From: a bacterium
Lineage (GTDB): Bacteria; Verrucomicrobiota; Verrucomicrobiia; Chthoniobacterales; UBA6821
Reading direction: 5' to 3'
Length of the DNA stretch: 64,000 bases
Assembly: GCA_037130175.1 (NCBI GenBank)
Contig: JBAXTN010000004.1
Location: 45,606 to 109,605 of the forward strand
A program made the translations under genes and the position numbers. Positions 30,420-41,721 of this stretch are shown one piece after another (the stretch's first letter is position 1; every line of letters begins with the position of its first letter). The notes under the pieces are model-generated. The model made no database searches. It was not told the origin of the DNA and saw only the letters and a list, made by a program, of their open reading frames with translations.

Positions 30420-31654
30420 CACTTTGATTCGATCCCGGAAATCCATACCCTAGGTGGAAATCTGTTTGAGAGCACCTGCTCCGAGATGTTCCCCCTGCTC
30501 TCATCCGGTATCGCCAGAAAATCCGCGACAGCTCCCGGAGAGAGTTCTCCCAATCGCCCACCCCTCTCCAGTGCGGTGGCGGGACGCATCGTTGCCATCA
30601 TGATGATTTCCAATGGATCAAGATGCGGAAATGACTCCCCCATAGCCCTCATTTCGGCAAACATATTGAGATCCTGATTGCTGGCCAAACTGTCTGTACC
30701 GAGCAAGACAGGGATGTTAGTTTCGCGGAAAAACCGAAGGTCAAAGGGAGGACGATCGAAGAAGGCATGCGTCCTAGGGCAATGGATCACAGGAAATCTT
30801 GATTTCGCTTGCTTAAGAAGAAAGCGGTCATCTTTGGTGAGGAAATTCATATGCACTAGGAGAGATCCATCGGGAAGAAGGTCATTTTCCAAAATAATCT
30901 GCAGGGAAGATTTGCCCACGCAGTCATCCATCGGTCGTCCGATGGATTGTAAAAACTCATACAAAGGTCCTTCCCCACGCAAAAACATGGCACTCTCTTC
31001 CTCAGACTCGGCAAGATGCGTGCAGACCGGAAGCCGGTATTTCTCACTGTATATCTTGATCAGAGCAAAAAGATCTTTCGAAGCTGTATAAAGAGCATGG
31101 GGAGAGAGACCGAATCCACCTCTCCCCTCACCTGCCTGTTCAAAAAAATGAATTGCTCCGGCAAGTGATTCTGCAGATTGCAAACGGCTGCGAACATCCA
31201 TGACTTCCAGAAAACACCAGCTGCGAATGGGAGGATCGGGTAAAAACGGCACGAGTTCAGGAAACGATTCAATGTTGAGTACTGTCGTGCAACCCCAGTG
31301 ACTCAACTCTTTAAATCCTTCGGCGATTGCCTCAAGGTAATCACTTTGATCAAGCGAGCGGCGCATGGCGTTGAGTCGCTGAATCCAGGAGGCAAAGGAT
31401 TCGCTTCCAAACAGCGCACCCCTCATCATGGTGTAATCGAGATGGCAATGTGCATTGATCAGCCCGGGGAGTAGAATGACCTCCCCCAAGTCCTCCCTTC
31501 CTGCACCGGGATGCTCACTCGTCAGCTCATCCCACCGCCCCACTGCCAGAATCTCGCTTCCTCGCACGGCAATTCCAGCATCCTCAATGGGAGGGCGCCG
31601 CATCGGCAGCACCCTTCTGGCCCGATAGAGTCTTGTGTCAACAGGAGCAAGCAT
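30419..31654 (-). CDS. Amidohydrolase family protein (metal-dependent deaminase/chlorohydrolase-like)
   Basis: 411 aa. The GLINAHCHLDYT metal-binding HxH motif, plus later CTHLAE and HCP.. His/Asp sites. Substrate not assignable. Confidence 0.78.
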   Translation of the reverse strand: MLAPVDTRLYRARRVLPMRRPPIEDAGIAVRGSEILAVGRWDELTSEHPGAGREDLGEVILLPGLINAHCHLDYTMMRGALFGSESFASWIQRLNAMRRSLDQSDYLEAIAEGFKELSHWGCTTVLNIESFPELVPFLPDPPIRSWCFLEVMDVRSRLQSAESLAGAIHFFEQAGEGRGGFGLSPHALYTASKDLFALIKIYSEKYRLPVCTHLAESEEESAMFLRGEGPLYEFLQSIGRPMDDCVGKSSLQIILENDLLPDGSLLVHMNFLTKDDRFLLKQAKSRFPVIHCPRTHAFFDRPPFDLRFFRETNIPVLLGTDSLASNQDLNMFAEMRAMGESFPHLDPLEIIMMATMRPATALERGGRLGELSPGAVADFLAIPDESRGNISEQVLSNRFPPRVWISGIESK

Positions 31655-31676
31655 CTGTCTCCCTAACGAAGATCGC

Positions 31677-32086
31677 TCAGAGCTGCATCCTGCGCTTCAC
31701 GTGCAGTTGGGCAAGTGAACGAAGGAGCGAGGATTGAACTGTTGCCAGCTCTTCATCGGAGAGATCCCCCTTGCTGATCTGCTGCTCGGCCCGGGTAACA
31801 GCTTCCTCTGCCGCTGTCTCATCAATCTCATCATCCTTAAGGGCCATGTCAGTCAGCACAGAGACGCGATCTGGTCGAATTTCCAAAAAACCTTCACCGA
31901 CAGCAAGAAGCATCTCTCCCTCATCCGTCGTTACACGGAGTTCTCCAGGAAGTATCTGGGTCAGGAGGGGCATGTGATCAGGAAGTATTCCAAGACCACC
32001 CTCGACACCGGGAACAACAACAAAACTCGCGTTTCCTGAGAAAACACGCGTTTCTGGTGTGACGATTTCGAGGTGAAGCGTGCTCA

Positions 32087-32087
<1 letters not shown>
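31677..32087 (-). CDS. atpC: F0F1 ATP synthase subunit epsilon
   Basis: 136 aa. LHLEIVTPE..VVVPGVEGGLGILPDHMPLLT, directly after atpD. Confidence 0.9.
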
Positions 32088-33595
<1,508 letters not shown>

Positions 33596-33614
33596 TTATT
33601 ACTTTGGCGCAACC

Positions 33615-34472
33615 TTAGTTGAGCGCCATCTGGGCGGTGGAAATTTCTAGAAGTTCAGTGGTAATGCTGGCCTGACGGGCCTTGTTGTATTCAAGGGTGA
33701 GATCTTTGACGAGGCTCTTGGCATTGTCCGTGGCACTCTTCATGGCAATCATGCGGGCACTCTGCTCCGAGGCCCTAGCATCCAGAATCATCTGGAAGAT
33801 TGTAAAATGAAAATAATAGGGCAGAACCGAGTCGAGCACCTGATCGGCATTTGGCTCAAAGAGATAGAGGGCATCCCCCGTGCTGTCCGCAGGCGAGACA
33901 CCCGCGGCCACTGTTCCTGAAATCGGGAGGAGAGGAACAAGGGTTGGTTTCTGGATCAGGGTATTGACAAACTTGGGATAGAGAACCGAAACAGTATCGA
34001 CTTCCCCTGAAAGAAACTTCTCAAGACAGAATTTTGAAATCGCTTTGGTCTGAAGAAAGGAAGGGGCGTCAATCAATGGAAAATCAGCAATCAAAGATCT
34101 TCCGGTTCGCACCAGAAATGCAGCCCCCTTTTTGCCGGAGGCGACAAAAAGCGTGTTGCTCTGATCGAGCAAAGCAGCCTCCCGAAGGACATTTGTATTG
34201 AGTGCGCCGCAGAGTCCCTTGTCCGAGGTAATAAGCAGTACGAGATTTTTTTTGACGGGTCGCTGTTCAAGCAAAGGGTGGGCGCCTTCACTGACACGAT
34301 CCCTCAAGGAAACCAGCACACGATTTAGCACCTCGGCATAAGGATGCCCCGCCATGGCCACCTGTTGGGCCTTGCGCATCTTTGAGGCGGCAACCATCTG
34401 CATCGCCTTGGTGATCTGGGCGGTGTTTTTCACCGACTTGATGCGTCGGCGGATGTCGCGGGTATTGGCCAT
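33615..34472 (-). CDS. atpG: F0F1 ATP synthase subunit gamma
   Basis: 285 aa. RRIKSVKNTAQITKAMQMVAASKMRKAQ N-terminus and NKARQASITTELLEI C-terminus. Confidence 0.95.
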   Translation of the reverse strand: MANTRDIRRRIKSVKNTAQITKAMQMVAASKMRKAQQVAMAGHPYAEVLNRVLVSLRDRVSEGAHPLLEQRPVKKNLVLLITSDKGLCGALNTNVLREAALLDQSNTLFVASGKKGAAFLVRTGRSLIADFPLIDAPSFLQTKAISKFCLEKFLSGEVDTVSVLYPKFVNTLIQKPTLVPLLPISGTVAAGVSPADSTGDALYLFEPNADQVLDSVLPYYFHFTIFQMILDARASEQSARMIAMKSATDNAKSLVKDLTLEYNKARQASITTELLEISTAQMALN

Positions 34473-34505
34473 GAGTTAGGCGGTTCTGAGTCTTGGCAAG
34501 GAATG

Positions 34506-36041
34506 TTAGCGGAAGATAATTTTAAATTCGTCCACAGCCGCGGTGAGTTCCTTTTCAATTTCGGCATCAATCGCCCCCTTCTTGAGGATGGCTGCAAGAA
34601 CGGATTCCTTACGCGTGGTGAGAAACTCCGTAAGCTGATGTTGAAAGTCGCGTACCCTCGTAACTGGTATCGCATCCAGATATCCCTTCTGCATGGTCCA
34701 GAGAACCGCGACCTGAAGTTCGACGGACTGGGGATTATATTGCTGCTGCTTAAACAGTTCCACGATCCGCTGTCCACGGTCAAGTTGAGCCTTGGTACGA
34801 GCATCAAGGTCACTGCCAAACTGGGCAAACGCAGCCAATTCACGGAACTGAGCAAGATCTCCCTTGATTTTTCCTGCGACCTGTTTTGTAGCCTTGATCT
34901 GTGCCGCTGATCCCACACGGGAAACTGAAAGCCCCACTGAGATGGCTGGTCGGATACCCTGATAGAAAAGATCGGTCTCCAGGTAGATTTGACCGTCAGT
35001 GATGGAAATCACATTCGTGGGAATATAGGCTGATACATCCCCAGCCTGGGTCTCGATAATTGGGAGAGCTGTCAGGGATCCGTTCCCGGCAGCCTCGCTC
35101 AGGCGAGCGGAGCGCTCTAGGAGGCGACTATGAAGATAAAAGACATCGCCCGGATATGCCTCGCGGCCACTGGGGCGTTTTAGCAGAAGGGATACCTGCC
35201 TGTAGGCAACGGCATGCTTAGAGAGATCGTCAAAAACGATGAGTGCATCCATTCCGTGATCCATAAACCACTCTCCAATGGAGGCCCCGGCAAAAGGTGC
35301 CAGATACTGATTTGTCGCGCTGTCCGAAGCAGGAGCCGACACAATGATCGTATCCCTCAGTGCATCATTGGAGGAGAGAATATCAACCACGCGAGCGACA
35401 TTGGCATTCTTCTGACCCACCGCGACGTAGATGCTGTAAACAGGGCGGAATGAAGGATCTCCCGAAGCCTCTCCAGCACGGTTGATGCGGGACTGGTTGA
35501 TGATTGTGTCGATCGCGATTGTTGTCTTGCCGGTGGCGCGATCCCCAATGATTAGTTCGCGCTGGCCGCGACCGATGGGAATCATTGCATCGATAGCCAT
35601 GATACCGGTCGAGAGGGGCTGGCTGACACTGCGGCGTTTGATGATTCCGGGAGCAATCTTTTCGACAGGATAAAATGTCTTGGACTGGATCGGACCCTTG
35701 CCGTCGATAGGTTGTCCAAGCGCATCCACCACACGCCCCAGAAGCTCCTTGCCCACAGGAACCTGCAGCAGTCGTCCTGTTGTCCTGACCTCATCCCCCT
35801 CGGAAATTCCGGTGTAATCACCCAGAATAATCGCCCCAACTTCAGTCTCTTCAAGGTTCAGAGCAAGACCATAAATGCCACCGGGAAACTCCAACATTTC
35901 ATTGAGCATGACTCCGGCAAGCCCTTCGATTCGGGCCACCCCATCACCAATTTCACGGACGGTTCCGACATTTGATGTGGAGATAGTCGTATGACGGAGT
36001 CCGTCAATCTTTGATTCGAGTTCTTGCAGAAGGGTGCTCAT
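34506..36041 (-). CDS. atpA: F0F1 ATP synthase subunit alpha
   Basis: 511 aa. Walker [10 protein letters not shown], with [20 protein letters not shown]. Confidence 0.98.
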   Translation of the reverse strand: MSTLLQELESKIDGLRHTTISTSNVGTVREIGDGVARIEGLAGVMLNEMLEFPGGIYGLALNLEETEVGAIILGDYTGISEGDEVRTTGRLLQVPVGKELLGRVVDALGQPIDGKGPIQSKTFYPVEKIAPGIIKRRSVSQPLSTGIMAIDAMIPIGRGQRELIIGDRATGKTTIAIDTIINQSRINRAGEASGDPSFRPVYSIYVAVGQKNANVARVVDILSSNDALRDTIIVSAPASDSATNQYLAPFAGASIGEWFMDHGMDALIVFDDLSKHAVAYRQVSLLLKRPSGREAYPGDVFYLHSRLLERSARLSEAAGNGSLTALPIIETQAGDVSAYIPTNVISITDGQIYLETDLFYQGIRPAISVGLSVSRVGSAAQIKATKQVAGKIKGDLAQFRELAAFAQFGSDLDARTKAQLDRGQRIVELFKQQQYNPQSVELQVAVLWTMQKGYLDAIPVTRVRDFQHQLTEFLTTRKESVLAAILKKGAIDAEIEKELTAAVDEFKIIFR

Positions 36042-36093
36042 AGTGTGTTGTATTTAAAATTTTGCTTCAGGATGTAAATGGGTGATCGGTGAA

Positions 36094-36492
36094 CTAAGCA
36101 GCCACCGTCTTAAGGTGTTCGATACGGGAAAGCACCGTGCCGTCCCAGACTTCACTTCCAAGTCGGATACGGGAACCACCGATGAGAGAGGCATCCACTT
36201 TGCATTCCAAGGAGACTTCTCCACCATCCCTTTGTTGAAGGGATTTATGGATCGAATCCCGAGTCGCCGAATCAAGGGGGATCGCGCTTTCGATGACGGC
36301 ATGATGCTTTGCCGCTGCAAGTCGTATTAACCGGGTGTATTCCTTCAGGATTTGAAGGGTGTGACGCGGGGAGGCTTTGATCAAGACATCAGTCAATGAG
36401 ATTGCCTTGGAAAATTCCGGGCGCCCCGAAGCATCCACGGAGGCATCGAACAGCTCGCGGGCTTTGCGTCGGGCAATTTTTGGAATCTGCAT
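36094..36492 (-). CDS. atpH: F0F1 ATP synthase subunit delta (short, 132 aa)
   Basis: It sits between atpF and atpA. The C-terminal part (VDASLIGGSRIRLGSEVWDGTV..RIEHLK) matches the OSCP/delta pattern. An in-frame stop 5 codons upstream of the ATG bounds the ORF. Confidence 0.75.
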   Translation of the reverse strand: MQIPKIARRKARELFDASVDASGRPEFSKAISLTDVLIKASPRHTLQILKEYTRLIRLAAAKHHAVIESAIPLDSATRDSIHKSLQQRDGGEVSLECKVDASLIGGSRIRLGSEVWDGTVLSRIEHLKTVAA

Positions 36493-36555
36493 GGTATTGG
36501 GAGATTGTTAATGATGCGCCAAGTGGTTCTCAGACTCTCTTAAATAAGCATTTCC

Positions 36556-37056
36556 TTAACCTAAACACTTTTGTGCATCTTCAGTCAGTCGCTTTTGATC
36601 CTCAGGGGTGAGAATCTTCCCGGCGACCTGCGCCGTGGTTTTAATGACAAGGGAAACCATCTCTTTCTTCACCTCATCGATCATAAGGGTCCGCTCGGAG
36701 GCGATTTCCTGACGGGCACGATCGACAATTGCCGAGGATTCCATCACTGCACGATCCATTTCCTTCTTGGAGAATGCTTCGTTGTTCTTGCGGGATTCCT
36801 CGATGAGCAACTGGGCGTCGTCATTGGCCTTGCGGAGCATTTCCTGATAGCGAAGTTCCGCTTCGGCAAGCTGCTTCTTAATCCTCTCGGCATTAAGCTG
36901 GCCTTCCTCTATGCGCTTGCGGCGTTCCTCCAGGATTCGGAGAATGGGCGCAAAGGCGTAGCGATTGAGAACAAAATAGACGATGAGGAAGAGCACCAAC
37001 TGGGCGATGAACTTCGGCAGGGTGACTCCAAACTGGGTGAAAATTTCTTGTATCAT
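36556..37056 (-). CDS. atpF: F0F1 ATP synthase subunit b
   Basis: 166 aa. One N-terminal TM helix, then a long charged coiled coil. Operon position supports the call. Confidence 0.85.
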   Translation of the reverse strand: MIQEIFTQFGVTLPKFIAQLVLFLIVYFVLNRYAFAPILRILEERRKRIEEGQLNAERIKKQLAEAELRYQEMLRKANDDAQLLIEESRKNNEAFSKKEMDRAVMESSAIVDRARQEIASERTLMIDEVKKEMVSLVIKTTAQVAGKILTPEDQKRLTEDAQKCLG

Positions 37057-37140
37057 CTATTAAGGACTCTCTCGTGGGTTGAAACGTTTTTGGGGAAACG
37101 GGTCATCCCAGAAAGGGATGACCCATGAACCTGATTTTTA

Positions 37141-37383
37141 TTACTTACCCTGGAATGCAAAGATCAGACCGAAAATCGCGATGGCCTCAGCCAATGCGAT
37201 GGTCAGAATTCCAATCATGAGCACTTTTGGCAGTGTTGCGGGATTACGACCGATTGCTTCCACCATGCGGGCTCCGATAAGTCCGATTCCGATGGCGGCT
37301 CCGGCTCCGGCAACTCCGAGGGTGAAACTTCCCGTAACGGTATTTGCGGAGGTTGCAGCTTCAGCGATTATTGCGAGTAACAT
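37141..37383 (-). CDS. atpE: F0F1 ATP synthase subunit c
   Basis: The internal start MLLAIIAE gives an 80-aa hairpin protein with the GRNP loop (VEAIGRNPA) and a carboxylate helix (ALAEAIAIFGL). Confidence 0.9.
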   Translation of the reverse strand: MLLAIIAEAATSANTVTGSFTLGVAGAGAAIGIGLIGARMVEAIGRNPATLPKVLMIGILTIALAEAIAIFGLIFAFQGK

Positions 37384-37465
37384 ATTGCTTGGTATTTTGG
37401 GTTGGTGTTTTTCGACTGCCGTCCGCGTCCTGCACGATCCCGGCATTCAAAAATGATGAAATTTC

Positions 37466-38323
37466 TCAGTGTTCTTCGTGTGTGGTAGAGAGCTGTAGAT
37501 AGACAATAATAAGCAGGGTGAACACCATGGCTTGAAGAAATCCAACCAGAAGCTCCATAAAATAGAACGGTATGGGAACAATGCAGCTAAGAACATATGT
37601 CAACCACTGGGGAGCATTAAAAAGATGGCCAATATTGATCATCGTTCCGAGAAGGTTCTCACCAGCAAAAATATTGCCATAAAGTCGCAGCGAGAGGGAA
37701 ACCGGACGCACTAGAATGGAAAGCACTTCCAAAACCCCGACAAAGAGGAATAACGGAACAAGCAGAAAGAGTATGGGGCCGGACATTCCACCTTTCACCC
37801 CAAAGAGATCCTTGATAAAGGCTACGGGGCCCGTGGCCTGCATTGTCCAGACAAACCAGAGCGTCATGGAAACGGCAGCCAGCGCCATCGTCATGTTCAT
37901 GTCCGCAGTAGGAGGGCGGAGCAGTGGGATCTCGAGTTCCTTCAGGGTAAACAAACCATCCTTGAGCCCCCATCCGATGGAACCGACTCCCGGTATGAGA
38001 CCAAACCAATTTGAAATGAGAATGAAGATAAAAAGTGACGCGAGGAGTCCGAAAGACTTCTTAGCCATCTTGTCTCCCAAAATCCCCTCAATGGCCCCGT
38101 AAAATCCCTCGACGACAGCTTCAAGAAAATTCTGACCGGCACTGGGGATCACTTCAATCTTGCGTGTGCAGGATCGCACCATCCAGACAATCAATCCCAC
38201 GACCAGAAAAGTCACGAAGATGGAATTACTGAGCCATCCTAAAAATGAGTTTTCAAAAGCCGCGGGGGTCTCCGCGGAAAGGGATGCAGTGGCTAGCAAT
38301 GGGAGGTCAAAAACCATGAACAA
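37466..38323 (-). CDS. atpB: F0F1 ATP synthase subunit a
   Basis: 285 aa, polytopic. LSLRLYGNIFAGE (essential Arg motif). Confidence 0.9.
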   Translation of the reverse strand: MFMVFDLPLLATASLSAETPAAFENSFLGWLSNSIFVTFLVVGLIVWMVRSCTRKIEVIPSAGQNFLEAVVEGFYGAIEGILGDKMAKKSFGLLASLFIFILISNWFGLIPGVGSIGWGLKDGLFTLKELEIPLLRPPTADMNMTMALAAVSMTLWFVWTMQATGPVAFIKDLFGVKGGMSGPILFLLVPLFLFVGVLEVLSILVRPVSLSLRLYGNIFAGENLLGTMINIGHLFNAPQWLTYVLSCIVPIPFYFMELLVGFLQAMVFTLLIIVYLQLSTTHEEH

Positions 38324-38454
38324 AAAATCTGATGAGAAGAAAATCGGGGGAGGAGATGAAAATAAAGAGACGGCCCGCTGGCAAGCGCCTTTTTGCCCAT
38401 TGGGTAAGTTTTTTACAGATACCGCATCAGGACGACTCCAGAACTCCCATAATA

Positions 38455-39579
38455 TCAGGAATTATTCTCTTTAAAAAACGATTTGACCTTGGGATCCGAA
38501 TGGTAATCGGCAAAGGCGCTATCCATCATCAGCTCACGAAAGATAGTGGGCGGATAGAGATCCCTAGCGCGCTCAAGAAAAACCGCCGCTTCCTCGCTCT
38601 GTTTTAACTGCAGGGAAGTCAACGCTGCTGCCAAGGCCTGTTCTCCAGTCATGGCGGTCAATTCTGACAGGGAGGGGGCTGACTTGGCCGGTTCATTTTG
38701 CATCCTTGCAAGCTGTTCTTTTGCAGAGAGTAACTCCTTTGCAGCCTCAGGGTCGGAGCGGAGCACTCCCTTGTGCAAAATCCCAACGGCACTCCGATAC
38801 TCGCCTGTCGACCGAAGCAGATCGCCCAGTTTGGCGAAGGCTCTGGCATCATCGGGATGCGCTGCCATGTATTGTTTGATCTCATTTTGCGCCGTGACGG
38901 ATGGATCAGCCAGTTGTTGGGGTTCTTGTACACCTGATTTTGACTTTGCGAGATTGATGATGGCAAGAAGCATGCGGGCTTCACCTGTCAACTCGTTCTT
39001 AGAGACAGCATGCTGCGCCGCTTCCTGAGCCAATGCTTGCTCACCGGCTTTATTCGCAGACTCGGCAATCAGGTAATCGATTCCAAAAAGTGCTGGCTGC
39101 GTGTCCTGTGCTTTTTGAAAATCAAGCATGGCCACTCGATATTTACCATCCTGATAGGCGGTGAAAGCCGTATCGAGAAGTACCTCGGCCTCGGCCGTGG
39201 GGAGAGGAACCTCCTGTTGAGTGCTGCGGTTTGACACATCGGTATGTGTGCCGAACTTCTGACCGAAATAAAAGCCAATGGAGAGAAAGGCAACAGCGCC
39301 CAGGAAGCAACATCCTCCCATGATCCAGCGGTCGAGTTTTTCTCCGGGGGATCTCTTGTTACGACCCTTGGAGTGCGTTCTTGGTTTGGTACCCGAAGAG
39401 CGGGCGGTTTCCCGATCATGGCGTCGGCTCGATCGGTGCCGGTGAAGTCGCTGCTCAAGACCGTTCTCCGGCGTGGAACTGGGCGTGCTCGGAATCTCCG
39501 CGAAGGGATCCCGGGCAGATGACTCCTCGCCGGAGAAGTCACCGGATAAGGAGGAGGAAGGGGTACCCTGATCATTCAT
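38455..39579 (-). CDS. Membrane-anchored hypothetical protein with disordered basic N-terminus and TPR-like C-terminal domain
   Basis: 374 aa. A Ser/Arg/Pro-rich N-terminal ~85 aa, one TM helix (WIMGGCCFLGAVAFLSIGFYFG), then helical-repeat sequence. No family recognised. Confidence 0.5.
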   Translation of the reverse strand: MNDQGTPSSSLSGDFSGEESSARDPFAEIPSTPSSTPENGLEQRLHRHRSSRRHDRETARSSGTKPRTHSKGRNKRSPGEKLDRWIMGGCCFLGAVAFLSIGFYFGQKFGTHTDVSNRSTQQEVPLPTAEAEVLLDTAFTAYQDGKYRVAMLDFQKAQDTQPALFGIDYLIAESANKAGEQALAQEAAQHAVSKNELTGEARMLLAIINLAKSKSGVQEPQQLADPSVTAQNEIKQYMAAHPDDARAFAKLGDLLRSTGEYRSAVGILHKGVLRSDPEAAKELLSAKEQLARMQNEPAKSAPSLSELTAMTGEQALAAALTSLQLKQSEEAAVFLERARDLYPPTIFRELMMDSAFADYHSDPKVKSFFKENNS

Positions 39580-39663
39580 GGAGGAAAATTCTTAAGGAGT
39601 TAGATAAAATAGAGGGCAGGTCTGTTGATGAACAGCTTTCTGAAGGAGATCAGATAGATGAAA

Positions 39664-39945
39664 TTAAGGAAACGCTGATTTAATCCCATGAAGACCGCTG
39701 AGAACCAGTTGCTGATTTTTGAAGGCGCGAGTGCTGGGCGATACCCGCAGCGGTCTCGCCCGAGCGAGCAACGCAACAAAAATCGACAACTGACTCCAGC
39801 CCTTCGGGTTGCGGCGATAAAAGGTCGGCGACTGCGTAGGATTCGTGCTTACAGCCCACTGTGGGGATGCTCGCGCGAAGCCGCCTGGTCGGCGACCCCT
39901 TCTTGCCGCAACGGTCTCTATGTGATTAAATCAGCGGTTCCTTAA
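39664..39945. repeat. 282-bp element bounded by 22-bp inverted repeats (candidate MITE or structured ncRNA)
   Basis: The left arm TTAAGGAAACGCTGATTTAATC (39664..39685) and the right arm GATTAAATCAGCGGTTCCTTAA (39924..39945) are reverse complements with one mismatch. Nested complementary segments occur at 39692-97/39912-17 and 39725-31/39870-76. The interior is GC-rich. Confidence 0.65.
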
Positions 39946-40108
39946 AGCCAAGACTAGATTTTTTTGTTTCCAGTTTGCGAATTCGAGCAACTCCCTGTTA
40001 TAACATCCCTCTTCAATTCAAATTTCCGGGAAGCCTCCCCCTCATTGCTTATTCCCGGATCCAAGCATCCAAATATCAGCCTGCCATCCCAACCATATCC
40101 TATTGACC

Positions 40109-41704
40109 ATGAGTTCTATTCCCAAAGTTTTTGTTGCCGATCCCGTCTCCTCGCGTGGAGTTGAAGCCCTTGCCGAAGGAGGTGTCGTTGAGGTCGTCGT
40201 CAAGACAGGACTCAAGGAAGCCGAACTCATCGAGATCATCCCCGACTTTTCCGGCCTGGTCGTCCGCAGCCAGACCAAGGTCACTCCGGCTGTCTTTGCG
40301 GCGGCAAAAAAGCTTAAGGTCGTGGGCAGGGCCGGAGTGGGCATTGACAATGTCGATGTTGAGGCGGCAACCAAGCATGGTGTGATCGTCATGAACGCCC
40401 CTGGCGGCAATACCATCTCGACAGCCGAACACGCCTTTTCCCTGATGCTATCAGTGGCCCGGAACATTCCACAGGCCAATGCGAGCATGAAAGCAGGCAA
40501 GTGGGATCGCAAGAAATTCGAGGGGGTGGAACTCTACGAGAAGACACTGGCGATTCTCGGTATGGGCCGCATCGGAACCGAAGTAGCCCGTCGGGCCATT
40601 GCTTTCGGCATGAAGGTGCTGGCCTACGATCCGTACCTTTCCGCGAGCAAGGCCCGTTCTCTCCAAGTTGAGGTAGTAGAAAAACTTGATGATCTCCTCC
40701 CCCGTGCCGACTTTATCACCGTGCACATGCCCCTGACCGAGGAGACAATGCACATGATTGGAGCCAAACAGCTTCCCCTGCTGAAGAAAGGAGTGAGGAT
40801 CATCAACTGTGCTCGGGGAGGACTCATCGACGAGTCCGTCCTTGCCGAGGGGCTTAAGAGCGGACAAATAGCCGGAGCCGCGCTTGATGTCTTTGATGTC
40901 GAGCCTCCCGCCGCTGACTGGCCCTATCGCTCTATCGACAATCTCGTGCTGACCCCTCACCTTGGAGCCTCCACTGCAGAAGCTCAGGAACTTGTTGGTA
41001 TTGAGATAGCGCAGGCGGTGCGTGCAGCTCTTTTGGAAGGTGAGATTCGCAACTCGGTCAACATGCCCAACATTGATGCCAAGACGCTTTCAACACTCGG
41101 ACCTTGGATTAATCTTGGTGAAAAACTCGGCCTTTTCCTCGCACAGATTTCTCCCAAGCGCGCTGAGAAAATCAGCATCCGCTACAGCGGCCGCCTGGTG
41201 GATCAGGATCTTACAGCAGTCACACGCGCTCTTATCACCGGCTACCTCCGCCACATTCATGGCAATGAAGTGAATCCAGTAAACGCTCCAGCTATCCTGC
41301 GCAATCACGGACTTGAGGTTGTGGAGACCAAAGAGAGTGAAGCCGGTGAATTCACCGATCTGATTGAAGTGACCATCCAGCAGGACGGACATACGGCCTC
41401 CGTTGGCGGTACACTCTATGGTTCCAAACCGCGCATTGTCACGGTAAATGGCCGCTTCGTGGAAGGTGTACCATCGGGCGTTATTCTGCTCCTCGAAAAC
41501 CGTGATCGCCCCGGCATTGTCGGACATCTCGGTTCCTTGCTTGGGGCCAACAATGTGAATATTGCCAGCATGTCACTGAGCCGCAACGAAGTCGGAGGGC
41601 AGGCATTGACTCTTCTGAATCTTGATTCAGCCCCTGATGATGATCTGCTTGGCAAAGTGACCGCTGACGCAGACATCGCATCTGCCCAGGTAATCAGACT
41701 CTGA
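40109..41704 (+). CDS. serA: D-3-phosphoglycerate dehydrogenase (long form with ACT domain)
   Basis: ATG at 40109 preferred over TTG at 40103. NAD-binding LAILGMGRIGTEVARRA, catalytic INCARGG and TPHLGAST motifs, and a C-terminal ACT-type regulatory region. Confidence 0.95.
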   Translation: MSSIPKVFVADPVSSRGVEALAEGGVVEVVVKTGLKEAELIEIIPDFSGLVVRSQTKVTPAVFAAAKKLKVVGRAGVGIDNVDVEAATKHGVIVMNAPGGNTISTAEHAFSLMLSVARNIPQANASMKAGKWDRKKFEGVELYEKTLAILGMGRIGTEVARRAIAFGMKVLAYDPYLSASKARSLQVEVVEKLDDLLPRADFITVHMPLTEETMHMIGAKQLPLLKKGVRIINCARGGLIDESVLAEGLKSGQIAGAALDVFDVEPPAADWPYRSIDNLVLTPHLGASTAEAQELVGIEIAQAVRAALLEGEIRNSVNMPNIDAKTLSTLGPWINLGEKLGLFLAQISPKRAEKISIRYSGRLVDQDLTAVTRALITGYLRHIHGNEVNPVNAPAILRNHGLEVVETKESEAGEFTDLIEVTIQQDGHTASVGGTLYGSKPRIVTVNGRFVEGVPSGVILLLENRDRPGIVGHLGSLLGANNVNIASMSLSRNEVGGQALTLLNLDSAPDDDLLGKVTADADIASAQVIRL

Positions 41705-41721
41705 TCATACACCCCTGTCTC

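Noticed and set aside
39688-39945. 85-aa ORF that fills exactly the space between the 22-bp inverted repeats
   Set aside because: The sequence is Arg-rich and low-information with no recognisable fold. The region has dense nested complementarity that fits RNA or a MITE better. A small protein cannot be strictly excluded.
39664-39945. Tested whether the element is RNase P RNA, tmRNA, SRP RNA, 6S RNA or a TPP, glycine or cobalamin riboswitch
   Set aside because: The conserved cores were not found on either strand. These include GGAAAGTCC/ACAGAA for RNase P, the tRNA-like end and tag ORF for tmRNA, the SRP helix-8 motif, the TPP ACCTGATCTGGATAATGCC-type box and the B12 box. The length (282 nt) is also wrong for 6S RNA.
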